Assembly: GCA_015063885.1 (NCBI GenBank)
Contig: SVTH01000009.1
Span: 32,110-96,109 of the forward strand
Direction of reading: 5' to 3'
DNA from: Oscillospiraceae bacterium
GTDB lineage: Bacteria; Bacillota; Clostridia; Oscillospirales; CAG-382
DNA length: 64,000 nt
Shown piece after piece: positions 53,531-62,196 of the stretch (the stretch's first letter is position 1; every line of letters begins with the position of its first letter). The notes under the pieces are model-generated. The model did not search any database, had not been told where the DNA came from, and saw only the letters and a list, made by a program, of their open reading frames with translations. The translations under genes were made by a program, and so were the position numbers.

Positions 53531-55403
53531 AAAGACCAACCGCGTGTCACTGCGCGAGGCAATAAGGCTTAACGTCCGTGTGATCAAGATGGTTTACGGC
53601 GGACGCCGAAAGCTCCTGTTCCTGCAATTGGCAAAAACAGCGTTTGCGGCGCTGACACCGTATATTGGAATATACCTTTCCGCGTTGCTGATTGACGAGC
53701 TGACAACAACTCGTTCACCCGAGACGCTTCGAGCACTCGTTTGGTGGATACTCGGCACTGCGGCTGTGATCGCACTGGTACAATCGGTGCTAAACCGACT
53801 CCATGCGGTAGAATCAACAGCTATGTGGGAGCATGTCCACCACCTTTACGGAAAAAAGATGCTCTCCATGGATTTCGTCAACATCGATAACCCGAATACG
53901 CATACGCTTGTTTCGAGAATCAACCAAAACAGCCAGGGCGGCGGCTGGGGACCCGACAGGATCGTGTGGCAATTAGATAACCTTTGGTCCAGCGTTTTAA
54001 AGCTGTTCGGCGGTAGCGCCCTCGTAGTAACACTTTTCACCAGCAAGGTGGAAAGCGGAAGTGCAGTGGAGTTCCTCAACTCACCGATCACGACTGCGAC
54101 CGTGCTTTTGCTGATGGTAACGATCACGCTTTGCGCCCCGATTTTCGGTGCGATCGGCGGACGATTATATATGCAGTCGTCGGCAGACCACAGACTGGGA
54201 AACAGACTTTTCGGCTATTACGGCTGGTTCGGCACTAACGAGAATTCTTCGGTAGATGCGCGCATATACAACCTCCGCAAAATTTGCGACAACTATAACT
54301 ATGCCAAAACATCCCTTTTCGCATCAAAAGGCTATTTTGCAAAGCTTAACAAAGGAAAGCTCGGGCTCGTGAACGTAATTTCCTCCGTGGTGCAGTCGCT
54401 TTTCAACGTTTTAATATACTTCTACGTGTGCTTAAAGGCGTGGGGCGGGGCGCTGTCGCTTGGCGGAATCACACAGCATATCTCAGCGGTACATATCATT
54501 GCAGGAAGTGTGCGCGGGATCCTCAGCACGCTGACGGATATGCATAACAATGCATTCTTCCTCATTGACGTGTTTGCGTTTTTCGATATGCCTGACAAGA
54601 TGTATCAAGGCACGTTGACCGTGGAAAAGCGGCGGGATCGAGATTACGAGATCGAATTCCGGAACGTTTCGTTCAAATACCCCAATGCCGAGCAGTATGC
54701 CCTCAAAAACGTGTCGTTCAAATTCAAGATAGGTGAAAAGCTCGCCGTGGTCGGTCAAAACGGCTCGGGTAAAACCACGTTTATAAAATTGCTCTGCCGT
54801 CTCTACGATCCAACAGAAGGCGAGATATTGCTCAACGGCATCGATATCAGAAAATATGATTACCGCAACTATATGTCCATCTTCTCGGTGGTGTTCCAAG
54901 ACTTCAGGCTTCTCAACTTTACCGTGGGGAATATAATCGCTTGTGCCTCGGAATATGACCGCGATCGTGTGTTTGCGTGTGCCGAAAGTGTGGGGTTAGG
55001 CGAAAAAATAAGGTCGCTCCCCAATGGACTGGATACGTACATCGATAAGGAATACGACTCCGCGGGCGTTGAGTTTTCAGGCGGCGAGATGCAGAAAATA
55101 GCGTTGGCACGAACGCTGTTCAAGGATTCCGGCTTTATGGTACTGGACGAGCCTACCGCCGCTCTTGACCCGGTGGCGGAGGCGGAGGTGTACCAAAGCT
55201 TCGACAAGATCGTGGGAGACAAGACCGCCATCTACATTTCCCACCGCCTCTCCTCCTGCCGCTTCTGCGACGTGGTGGCGGTGTTCGACGGGGGCGCATT
55301 GGTGCAGATGGGCAGTCACGACGACCTGGTTGCCGACGAAAACGGGCAGTATCACAAGCTCTGGCACGCCCAGGCACAGTATTATGCGGAGGAACAAGGA
55401 TGA
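53511..55403 (+). CDS. ABC exporter half-transporter (TMD-NBD), module 2 subunit B, low-GC except 3' end
   Basis: Walker A GQNGSGKTT, signature FSGGEMQKIALARTL, Walker B FMVLDEPTAALD. It overlaps the upstream gene by 20 nt. The C-terminus GSHDDLVADENGQYHKLWHAQAQYY is identical to module 1 subunit B. Confidence 0.85.
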   Translation: MKQKKTKKTNRVSLREAIRLNVRVIKMVYGGRRKLLFLQLAKTAFAALTPYIGIYLSALLIDELTTTRSPETLRALVWWILGTAAVIALVQSVLNRLHAVESTAMWEHVHHLYGKKMLSMDFVNIDNPNTHTLVSRINQNSQGGGWGPDRIVWQLDNLWSSVLKLFGGSALVVTLFTSKVESGSAVEFLNSPITTATVLLLMVTITLCAPIFGAIGGRLYMQSSADHRLGNRLFGYYGWFGTNENSSVDARIYNLRKICDNYNYAKTSLFASKGYFAKLNKGKLGLVNVISSVVQSLFNVLIYFYVCLKAWGGALSLGGITQHISAVHIIAGSVRGILSTLTDMHNNAFFLIDVFAFFDMPDKMYQGTLTVEKRRDRDYEIEFRNVSFKYPNAEQYALKNVSFKFKIGEKLAVVGQNGSGKTTFIKLLCRLYDPTEGEILLNGIDIRKYDYRNYMSIFSVVFQDFRLLNFTVGNIIACASEYDRDRVFACAESVGLGEKIRSLPNGLDTYIDKEYDSAGVEFSGGEMQKIALARTLFKDSGFMVLDEPTAALDPVAEAEVYQSFDKIVGDKTAIYISHRLSSCRFCDVVAVFDGGALVQMGSHDDLVADENGQYHKLWHAQAQYYAEEQG

Positions 55404-55915
55404 TCTTGGGAATTGCGGGAGGCAGTGCCTCCGGGAAGAGCACGTTAGCGAAAAAGCTTGCAGAGGCAACGGGGGCGGCGGTGCTTTCCATGGACAGCTA
55501 TTACAAGCCCTTTGAGGAGCTTCCGGAAGCCGTGGGCAGGGACGGGAATCTTTACAAGGATTACAACTGCCCCGAGGCCTTCTACACGGAAAAGCTTTTG
55601 GAGGATCTGGCAAAGATCCAAGGAGACGTGATCTTGGAGGGGTTATTCATCCTGGCGTTGCCCTGCCTGCGGGAACGATGTGACGTGAAGATCTTTCTGG
55701 ATTGCCCCGCCGATATCCGCATCCTCCGCCGGGTGAAGCGGAATCTGGGGTGGGGGCTGTCCTTGGAGGAGATCTCCCAAGTCTACCTCGCATTGGTGCG
55801 CTACCGCCACGAGGAGTACGTTGCTCCCTCCGCGGTGTACGCAGACGAGGTGTGGGACACCTCGGACGGGGCGGAGGCATGCTTTGACCGGCTGTCGGGG
55901 TTGTTCGAGGGGTAA
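55400..55915 (+). CDS. uridine kinase-family P-loop kinase
   Basis: MILGIAGGSASGKSTLAKKL is the P-loop, as in Udk/PRK-family kinases. The protein is 171 aa. Its start overlaps the ABC stop in an ATGA. Confidence 0.6.
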   Translation: MILGIAGGSASGKSTLAKKLAEATGAAVLSMDSYYKPFEELPEAVGRDGNLYKDYNCPEAFYTEKLLEDLAKIQGDVILEGLFILALPCLRERCDVKIFLDCPADIRILRRVKRNLGWGLSLEEISQVYLALVRYRHEEYVAPSAVYADEVWDTSDGAEACFDRLSGLFEG

Positions 55916-55924
55916 TGACGGTGA

Positions 55925-56230
55925 AAAACAAACACGTTGCCTCGGCGGAGAATATCCCTGCCTCGGCAAAAAACCGCCGGCTTCGGTTCCGGGACGCCGA
56001 GGACGTCGTCCCCTACGGACCCGAACCGAGGAAGGGCGAAAAACATACCCTCTCTCCCGCATAGGGGACGGCGAAAATTCGTTTTATGCCCTTCTCATTG
56101 CGTGCGAACACAACACGATTTTAGACAAAATTCCTTGCGTTTTCGTAGGGGACGACGTCCCGCCGCCAAATGCGGTATGGCGTCCCGTTTGCGTTGAATG
56201 GCAAAACGATTTCACCCGTACTCCATGCGT
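55925..56230. repeat. cluster of family-2 intergenic repeats
   Basis: GAGGACGTCGTCCCCTACGG (about 55998) and the inverted CGTAGGGGACGACGTCCCGCC (about 56143). Confidence 0.75.
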
Positions 56231-56277
56231 GAAAAAAGCCCCCTCCCCCTTCTTCAAAGTTTCTTCGCACAAAAAAG

Positions 56278-56306
56278 TTGACAAGACGGAAATTTTCCTG
56301 TATAAT
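56278..56306 (+). promoter_or_regulatory. sigma-A type promoter
   Basis: TTGACA (56278-56283), 17-nt spacer, TATAAT (56301-56306). Confidence 0.6.
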
Positions 56307-56331
56307 AAGGGCATGAACAGGAGCTGTCCTT

Positions 56332-56949
56332 ATGAACGATATCAAATCCATCATTGCGAAGAATATCGCCGACCTCCGATTGGCCAAGGGTATGACTCAA
56401 TTGGAGCTGGCGGAACAATTGCATTATTCCGATAAAGCCGTTTCCAAGTGGGAGCGTGGGGAATCCGTGCCGGAGATCGCCACCCTGAAGGCCATTGCCG
56501 ATCTGTTCGGCGTGACGCTGGATCACTTGGTGAACGAGCACTCCCCCGAGGAGAAGAAAGAGGTTGCCCCGGAGCGGAAGTACCGTTTCCGCAACCGTTC
56601 TCTCGTCACGGGGATGTGCGCCGTTCTGGTTTGGTTCGTGGCACTGCTGGCCTTCGTCACCGTGGATCTCCTCCCCATTGAGGTGGAGCTCCACTGGCTG
56701 GCCTTCGTGTACGCCGTCCCCGCAACGCTGTTGCTTTGGCTGGTGTTCAACTCCGTGTGGTTCAATCCCCGCACCAACTTCATCATCATCTCGGCGTTGG
56801 TGTGGTCCGCCTTGGGCTCCTTACACGTCACCGCCTGGGTGTTTGGGAACAATATCTGGAAAATTTATCTCCTGGGCATCCCCGCTCAGTTGGTGATCCT
56901 CCTTTGGTCCCGCATCAAGCCCGTTATCAAGAATAAGATCCAAAAATAA
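56332..56949 (+). CDS. XRE-family HTH protein fused to a 4-helix membrane domain
   Basis: IAKNIADLRLAKGMTQLELAEQLHYSDKAVSKWERGESVPEIATLKAIADLFGVTLDHLV is the HTH, followed by hydrophobic helices. Confidence 0.75.
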   Translation: MNDIKSIIAKNIADLRLAKGMTQLELAEQLHYSDKAVSKWERGESVPEIATLKAIADLFGVTLDHLVNEHSPEEKKEVAPERKYRFRNRSLVTGMCAVLVWFVALLAFVTVDLLPIEVELHWLAFVYAVPATLLLWLVFNSVWFNPRTNFIIISALVWSALGSLHVTAWVFGNNIWKIYLLGIPAQLVILLWSRIKPVIKNKIQK

Positions 56950-56963
56950 GCAAAAATGCCCAT

Positions 56964-56991
56964 GACTCTACCGTTGGTAGAGTCTTTTTTT
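56964..56991 (+). terminator. rho-independent terminator
   Basis: GACTCTACC-GTT-GGTAGAGTC followed by TTTTTTT. Confidence 0.8.
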
Positions 56992-57074
56992 ACCTTCCGA
57001 ACGGAGAGTAGAATGGCGGTTTTTCCCTCTACGGGAGCGGAACGGAGGGGCGAGAGAGAAAAAGGTGCGGTAGG

Positions 57075-57103
57075 TTGCAATTTGCGTTCTGCGGGGCTAT
57101 ACT
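57075..57103 (+). promoter_or_regulatory. sigma-A type promoter of degV
   Basis: TTGCAA (57075-57080), 17-nt spacer, TATACT (57098-57103). Confidence 0.5.
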
Positions 57104-57190
57104 GTACTCGTCGGGGAAGCGGACGCGTTTCCCTGCCGCAGAGTCCTTCTGCGGACGATTTGCAAATCTAACGAAAAAGGAACTTTACAC

Positions 57191-58027
57191 ATGAACCGTT
57201 TTAAGATCGTAGCAGATTCCTCCGGCGATTTCACTTCCCTGGAGGGTGTTCCCTTCGAGGCGGCGCCCTTAAAGATCATCACCGCGGACAAGGAGTACAC
57301 CGACGACGCAAGCCTTAACGTGACGGACATGGTGAACACCCTCCTTGCCTACCACGGCAAGTCCTCTACCTCCTGCCCCAACGTGGGCGATTGGCTTTCC
57401 GCCTTCGGCGACGCGCAGTACGTGTTCTGCGTCACCATCACCGCCACCCTGTCCGGCAGCTACAACGCCGCCATGCAGGCCAAGGCCCACTACGAGGAGC
57501 TGTACCCCGACAGAAAGGTGTACGTGATGAACTCCCTTTCCGCAGGGGCGGAGATCGGCCTCATCATCCACAAGGTGAGAGATCTGATCCTGGAGGGCAA
57601 GGATTTCGACACCGTCTGCAAGGAAGCACAGGAGTACGCCTCCCGCACGGGCTTGCTGTTCGTGCTGGAATCCATGAAGAACCTGGCCAACAACGGCAGA
57701 GTTTCTCCCCTGGTGGCAAAGATGGCGGGCCTTCTGGGCATCCGCGTGGTGGGCAAGGCCAGCGACAGAGGAGACCTGGAGCAGCTTCACAAAGCCAGAG
57801 GGGAGAAGAAAATGCTGGAGGTCACCGTGGATACCTTGAAGGAGCTGGGTCTGAAGGACGGCAAGGTGTATATTGCGCACTGTCTGAACGAATCTGCCGC
57901 CAACGGTTTGAAGGCGCTTTTGAACAAGGAGCTTCCCGAGGCGCAAGTTACGGTGTATGCCACCGGCGGCCTTTGCAGCTTCTACGCCGAAAAGGGCGGG
58001 CTGATGATCGGGTTCGAGAAGGGCTGA
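57191..58027 (+). CDS. DegV family fatty-acid-binding protein
   Basis: FKIVADSSGDF N-terminus, TSCPNVGDW, TITATLSGSYNAA, and a length of 278 aa are typical of DegV. Confidence 0.8.
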   Translation: MNRFKIVADSSGDFTSLEGVPFEAAPLKIITADKEYTDDASLNVTDMVNTLLAYHGKSSTSCPNVGDWLSAFGDAQYVFCVTITATLSGSYNAAMQAKAHYEELYPDRKVYVMNSLSAGAEIGLIIHKVRDLILEGKDFDTVCKEAQEYASRTGLLFVLESMKNLANNGRVSPLVAKMAGLLGIRVVGKASDRGDLEQLHKARGEKKMLEVTVDTLKELGLKDGKVYIAHCLNESAANGLKALLNKELPEAQVTVYATGGLCSFYAEKGGLMIGFEKG

Positions 58028-58075
58028 TGCTCTCGTCGGAGCATCCTGACGGGGTGCAGAAAGGACGAAAGAACG

Positions 58076-58330
58076 ATGATGGATTTTCTTTTGGAAGCGT
58101 ATCTTTTGCTGGTAGAAAAAGCCCTTCCCGTCCGCAAAGGAAGCAAATCCGCACGCCGCCTTGCGGAAGGGATCGCTTTGGGCATTTTCATCGCAATCCT
58201 TGCCGTGGGATTTTACGGGCAGCATTTGCTGGACTCCGGAAACGAATTCGGCGGGACGCTGTGTATCGGCATCGCTCTGTTCATTGCCTTGGCGCAGGTG
58301 ATCGTAGCCTTTTGCTTGAAGAAGGATTGA
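58076..58330 (+). CDS. small two-helix membrane protein, paralog A
   Basis: 84 aa. It shares the LCIGIALFIALAQVI helix with 58645-58914. Confidence 0.55.
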   Translation: MMDFLLEAYLLLVEKALPVRKGSKSARRLAEGIALGIFIAILAVGFYGQHLLDSGNEFGGTLCIGIALFIALAQVIVAFCLKKD

Positions 58331-58339
58331 GTACTTTTT

Positions 58340-58640
58340 TTGCAAGCCCCATACCAAACGGGCGATTCGTGAATCGCCCCTACTAAAAGGGGCGGATTGA
58401 GTGCGGAGATATGCCGACCTTTGCTAAGGCGCATACCAAACTCACTCCAACATGTTCACCCATTTCCCGCGCGGAAACGAACCGCCGTGGCTACATACGA
58501 GAATGCAACTCCGCACACGTCGAACTTCTGTGAGTGACGTAAGTCCGAGCAGAAGTCCCGAATCGCCTCGCGCTGAGGGAGGGTATAAGACGAGTCTGAT
58601 CTACCCCTTCTGTAACGTAAGAGCTGTTTTGAAAGGAGCG
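58340..58640. repeat. repeat cluster (family-2 palindrome plus family-1 module fragment)
   Basis: GGGCGATTCGTGAATCGCCCCTAC at 58360-58383. TTCTGTAACGTAAGAGCTGTTTT at about 58608 resembles TTTGTAACGTAAGAACTGTTTT in family-1 units. Confidence 0.7.
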
Positions 58641-58644
58641 TACC

Positions 58645-58914
58645 ATGGAGATCGTTATGGAGATCATCTTCGAGATTTACCTGGAGCTGGTCATGCTGGC
58701 AGTGCCGGAAAAGACCAAAAGCAAGACGGTGAAGATCCTTGCGGCTTGCTTGGTAGCTTTGGTTCTCTTCGGGATCATCTTCCTGTTCGGCTTTGGCGTG
58801 GACCGAGTCAATGCGGGCCACACCGCCACGGGAGTGCTGTGCATCGGCATCGCTCTGTTCATTGCCTTGGCGCAGGTGATCGCAGGGCTTTGTCTCAGCG
58901 GCAAGTCCGAATAA
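58645..58914 (+). CDS. small two-helix membrane protein, paralog B
   Basis: 89 aa with an AGGAG RBS 6 nt upstream. It shares a 40-nt identical tract with paralog A. Confidence 0.6.
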   Translation: MEIVMEIIFEIYLELVMLAVPEKTKSKTVKILAACLVALVLFGIIFLFGFGVDRVNAGHTATGVLCIGIALFIALAQVIAGLCLSGKSE

Positions 58915-59016
58915 TTTTTACACTCACAACAAAAGAAACACACCTCGGAAAAAGCCATTTTTTTCGCACGGTGTTTTTCTTGCACCTTTTTTCAGCAAAA
59001 AACGGAGAAAAAGCAC

Positions 59017-59619
59017 ATGAAAACACAAACGACCATGGAAAAAGCCGCCGCCATCTTCCGCAAAGCGGCCCGTCCCCCCATCTTCGCCGCGGCGTTTTTG
59101 GTGATCCTTTTCGTCGCGGACCCCGCCTATATCGGCCCCCCATGGCAGTTGGCCTTCGGCATCTTTGCCTTGGGGGTGTTGCCCATCCTGGGGTATCCCC
59201 TGCAGAGGTTCATCCCGCCCTTTAAGGACAAAGGCAGGGAAGGTCAGAGAAGCCTTGCCATGCTGTTCTGCTTCGGCGGGTATCTGCTGGGCACGTTGTG
59301 GGGAGTATTCACCCAGGCGCCCGAGGGGCTTTTGATGGTGTATTTCTGCTACCTTTCCTGCGGGATCGGCATGCTGATCTTCAACAAGCTGTTCCGCCTC
59401 AAGGCCAGCGGTCACGCCTGCGGCATCATGGGGCCCGTGTTTGCCATGTGCATCCATTTTCATTTGTGGATCCCCGCTTTGGCAGGATGCCTTCTTGCGG
59501 TGTTGGTGTTCGCCTCCAGCGTAAAGACCAAGGAGCACACCGTAGGACAGCTTCTCGGCGGCTCCGCCATCGCCTTGGTGTGCATCTCCGCAGTGAGTGC
59601 CGTCTTTACGGTTCTGTAA
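59017..59619 (+). CDS. multi-pass membrane protein, possibly PAP2-like phosphatase
   Basis: About 6 TM helices. KASGHACG and SSVKTKEHTVGQLLGG loosely resemble the PAP2 C2/C3 motifs (SGH; SR..H...D). The assignment is tentative. Confidence 0.4.
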   Translation: MKTQTTMEKAAAIFRKAARPPIFAAAFLVILFVADPAYIGPPWQLAFGIFALGVLPILGYPLQRFIPPFKDKGREGQRSLAMLFCFGGYLLGTLWGVFTQAPEGLLMVYFCYLSCGIGMLIFNKLFRLKASGHACGIMGPVFAMCIHFHLWIPALAGCLLAVLVFASSVKTKEHTVGQLLGGSAIALVCISAVSAVFTVL

Positions 59620-59657
59620 AAAGGAAAACGACCCGGAATTGGGTCGTTTTTTGCGCT

Positions 59658-61232
59658 TTATTCCTTCATGGCCTTGTGGTCGATCTTCCCCACCTTGGTT
59701 TTGGGGAAGGATTCCAGGAAGATCACCTTCTCGGGGATGCAATACTTGGTCATACGGCGGGAGATATTCTCCATAACCACGTCACGGATCTCCTCCTCGC
59801 TGCGGGAGGAGTTTTTGTTGCGGATCAAGAACAAAGCAAGATGGGGCTTGGGGCTTTCAAACAGCTCCAGGGAGGCGGCGTGAACGTCCTCGGTAAGGTC
59901 GGTGGCGATCTTTTCCACCTCGGCGGGGTACACGTTGATCCCCGCGATCTTATACACCCGCTTGATGCGCCCTTTCAGGAAGAGGTAGCCCTCCTCGTCC
60001 AGGTAGCCCAGGTCTCCGGAACGTACCCAAGCCTTGCCGTCGATCTGCAGGACGGCCTTTTCCGTGGCGGAAACGTCCTTGTAATAGCCGTTCATCAAGG
60101 TGTTGCCTGCGACGTACACCTCCCCCACCGTTCCCGGAGGAAGAAGGGCTTGACGTTCGTCCCGCACGGTGATCTCGATCCCCTGCAGAGCCTTGCCAAC
60201 GGAGCCCATGCGGAAGGCCTTATGGGTGTTCACGGCGCAGACGGTAACCGTCTCCGTCAGCCCGTAGCCCTCCAGCATTCTGCCCACGGAGCCTTTCTTT
60301 TCCATCAAGGCATTGAAGCTTTCGATCAGGCTGGGAGGCACGTTGTCCCCGCCTACGAAGGCACATTCGATATGGGAAAGATCCCCTTCTGCGAAATTGG
60401 GATGCTTCATCAGCTTTTGGTACAAAAGGGGCACGCCTAAGATCACGTTCACCTTGCCGGAATGGATCCAGTTCAACGTTTTTGCCACGTCAAACTTGGT
60501 CATCAAGGCGGAGGTGGCGCCCCAATACAGAGGTGCGTGAATGCCCATCCCCAGCCCAAAGCCGTGGAAGGCGGGCAGTACCGCCAGGATGCCCTTCCCT
60601 GCGATGCCGTAGGGCAGCAGATCGTCGGAGCGGGCAACTAAGTTGTTCAAGGCGTTGGCGGAAAGCTCAATGATCTTGGAAGCTCCCGTAGTGCCTCCCG
60701 AATGGAGGTAGATGCAGGGCAGGGCGGGATCTCTGCGGGAATAGGTGTGATCCTCCTGCTCCTTTTTGCAGCCCTCCAAGTCGTAAAGGCCGTTCTTCCC
60801 CTTGGGCTTGCCGTATTTCAGGTAGCAAAGGGTCTTCATCACGAAAGAAACGTCCGCCATGGGGTTGACGAACACCGTGGAGATGCCGCTTTGGGAGAAG
60901 GCCTCTCCGTGCTCCTTGCACAGGGTGGAAAGCACCACGATGGCAACGCTTTCCGTCTCCTTGGCGGTGCGGATGATCTCCTGTGCGGGAGACAGGGGGT
61001 GAACGATGTTCAAAACCGCCCCGATGGCGTTTAAGGCGTAGAGAGAATAGATGCCTCCCGGCACGTTTGGCAGCGCCAGGGTCACCACGTCCCCTTCCTT
61101 CACTCCCAAACGGCGGAAGAAGGAGACCGTCTTGCGGATGTTTTCAAGGAGGGTCTTGTAGGAGATCTCCTTGTTTTCAAAACGGATGGCGGTGGTGGTT
61201 TTATTCTCATGTTTCAAAAGGCTTCTGTACAT
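59658..61232 (-). CDS. AMP-dependent synthetase/ligase (acyl-CoA synthetase family)
   Basis: AMP-binding motif LHSGGTTGASKII. Also present: EGYGLTET, SGDLGYLDEEGYLFLKGRIK and a C-terminal PKTKVGKIDHK. Confidence 0.8.
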   Translation of the reverse strand: MYRSLLKHENKTTTAIRFENKEISYKTLLENIRKTVSFFRRLGVKEGDVVTLALPNVPGGIYSLYALNAIGAVLNIVHPLSPAQEIIRTAKETESVAIVVLSTLCKEHGEAFSQSGISTVFVNPMADVSFVMKTLCYLKYGKPKGKNGLYDLEGCKKEQEDHTYSRRDPALPCIYLHSGGTTGASKIIELSANALNNLVARSDDLLPYGIAGKGILAVLPAFHGFGLGMGIHAPLYWGATSALMTKFDVAKTLNWIHSGKVNVILGVPLLYQKLMKHPNFAEGDLSHIECAFVGGDNVPPSLIESFNALMEKKGSVGRMLEGYGLTETVTVCAVNTHKAFRMGSVGKALQGIEITVRDERQALLPPGTVGEVYVAGNTLMNGYYKDVSATEKAVLQIDGKAWVRSGDLGYLDEEGYLFLKGRIKRVYKIAGINVYPAEVEKIATDLTEDVHAASLELFESPKPHLALFLIRNKNSSRSEEEIRDVVMENISRRMTKYCIPEKVIFLESFPKTKVGKIDHKAMKE

Positions 61233-61240
61233 AGGTTACC

Positions 61241-62038
61241 TCAAAGGGCCAATTCGTAGCCCATACACAGGAACACCAATACCGCCAGCACGGGGAACAG
61301 CACCTGATGGGCAAAATAGACGATCAGGCTGTGCCGACCGATGAAGGTGAGGGGGTTGTTGTGATAGGCCTTGAAGACCAAGGATTTCCGTTCTCCGTAG
61401 AACTGCTTTCCCAGGAAGACGCCGATGAAGATCTGCCCTGCGGTGGTGGGCAGGTCAAAGCTGTCCGACCCGCATTCCGCCAGGCCCAGGACGGTCTTCC
61501 CTACCAGGGCGAAAACGTTTTCCGCATTCTTGTAGGAAACGAAGCCCACGTTGTACTGTGCGATCCAAATGCCAAATCCCACGAGCACCGCGCCCAAGGC
61601 CAGGTAGACCCATTTGTTGGTGTGGAGCTTTTCCAGGATCCCCACCAGAATTAAGCTTACGGCAATGGCGTGGAGCACGCCGAAGGCGATGGTCATGTTG
61701 GGGTTCCCCGTAAAGAAGCTTGCACCCCAGGTGGCGGCGGTGAGCACCATGGCCACGGCGAAGAGCTTGGAGCCCCTCCCCAGATTACTGCGGGAGAAGG
61801 AGCTGCAGATCCCCGTGAGGGCGAAGAACAAAAAGATCACGCCGATGCGCACCACTCTCCGCACGTCCCAATACCAATAATCCAGCCCCAGCAGGCGGAG
61901 ATTCAAGGGATAGTCCTTGATGACGGAGGGCAAAAGCCCCCAAAAATCGTACATCAGGTGGTCGAACATCATGAGAACCACCGCAAAGCCTCGGATCAGA
62001 TCCAGCTCCATGGCGCGGTTTTTCAGTTTTTCTTTCAT
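61241..62038 (-). CDS. DUF1624 / heparan-alpha-glucosaminide N-acetyltransferase-like membrane acyltransferase
   Basis: ELDLIRGFAVVLMMFDH N-terminal motif with multiple TM helices. Confidence 0.65.
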   Translation of the reverse strand: MKEKLKNRAMELDLIRGFAVVLMMFDHLMYDFWGLLPSVIKDYPLNLRLLGLDYWYWDVRRVVRIGVIFLFFALTGICSSFSRSNLGRGSKLFAVAMVLTAATWGASFFTGNPNMTIAFGVLHAIAVSLILVGILEKLHTNKWVYLALGAVLVGFGIWIAQYNVGFVSYKNAENVFALVGKTVLGLAECGSDSFDLPTTAGQIFIGVFLGKQFYGERKSLVFKAYHNNPLTFIGRHSLIVYFAHQVLFPVLAVLVFLCMGYELAL

Positions 62039-62129
62039 GGGCAGGCTCCCATCCTTTGCAATGATGGAGACAGTATAGCATACTCTGTGCCGTTTGTCAA
62101 TTTTCGCCCCGAAAATTTATGGCTTTCTA

Positions 62130-62158
62130 TTGACAAACAGAGCGCAAAAAGGTACAAT
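62130..62158 (+). promoter_or_regulatory. sigma-A type promoter
   Basis: TTGACA (62130-62135), 17-nt spacer, TACAAT (62153-62158). Confidence 0.6.
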
Positions 62159-62196
62159 ACCTTTAGAGTTTCCAACATTTTACGGAGGTTTTTACA

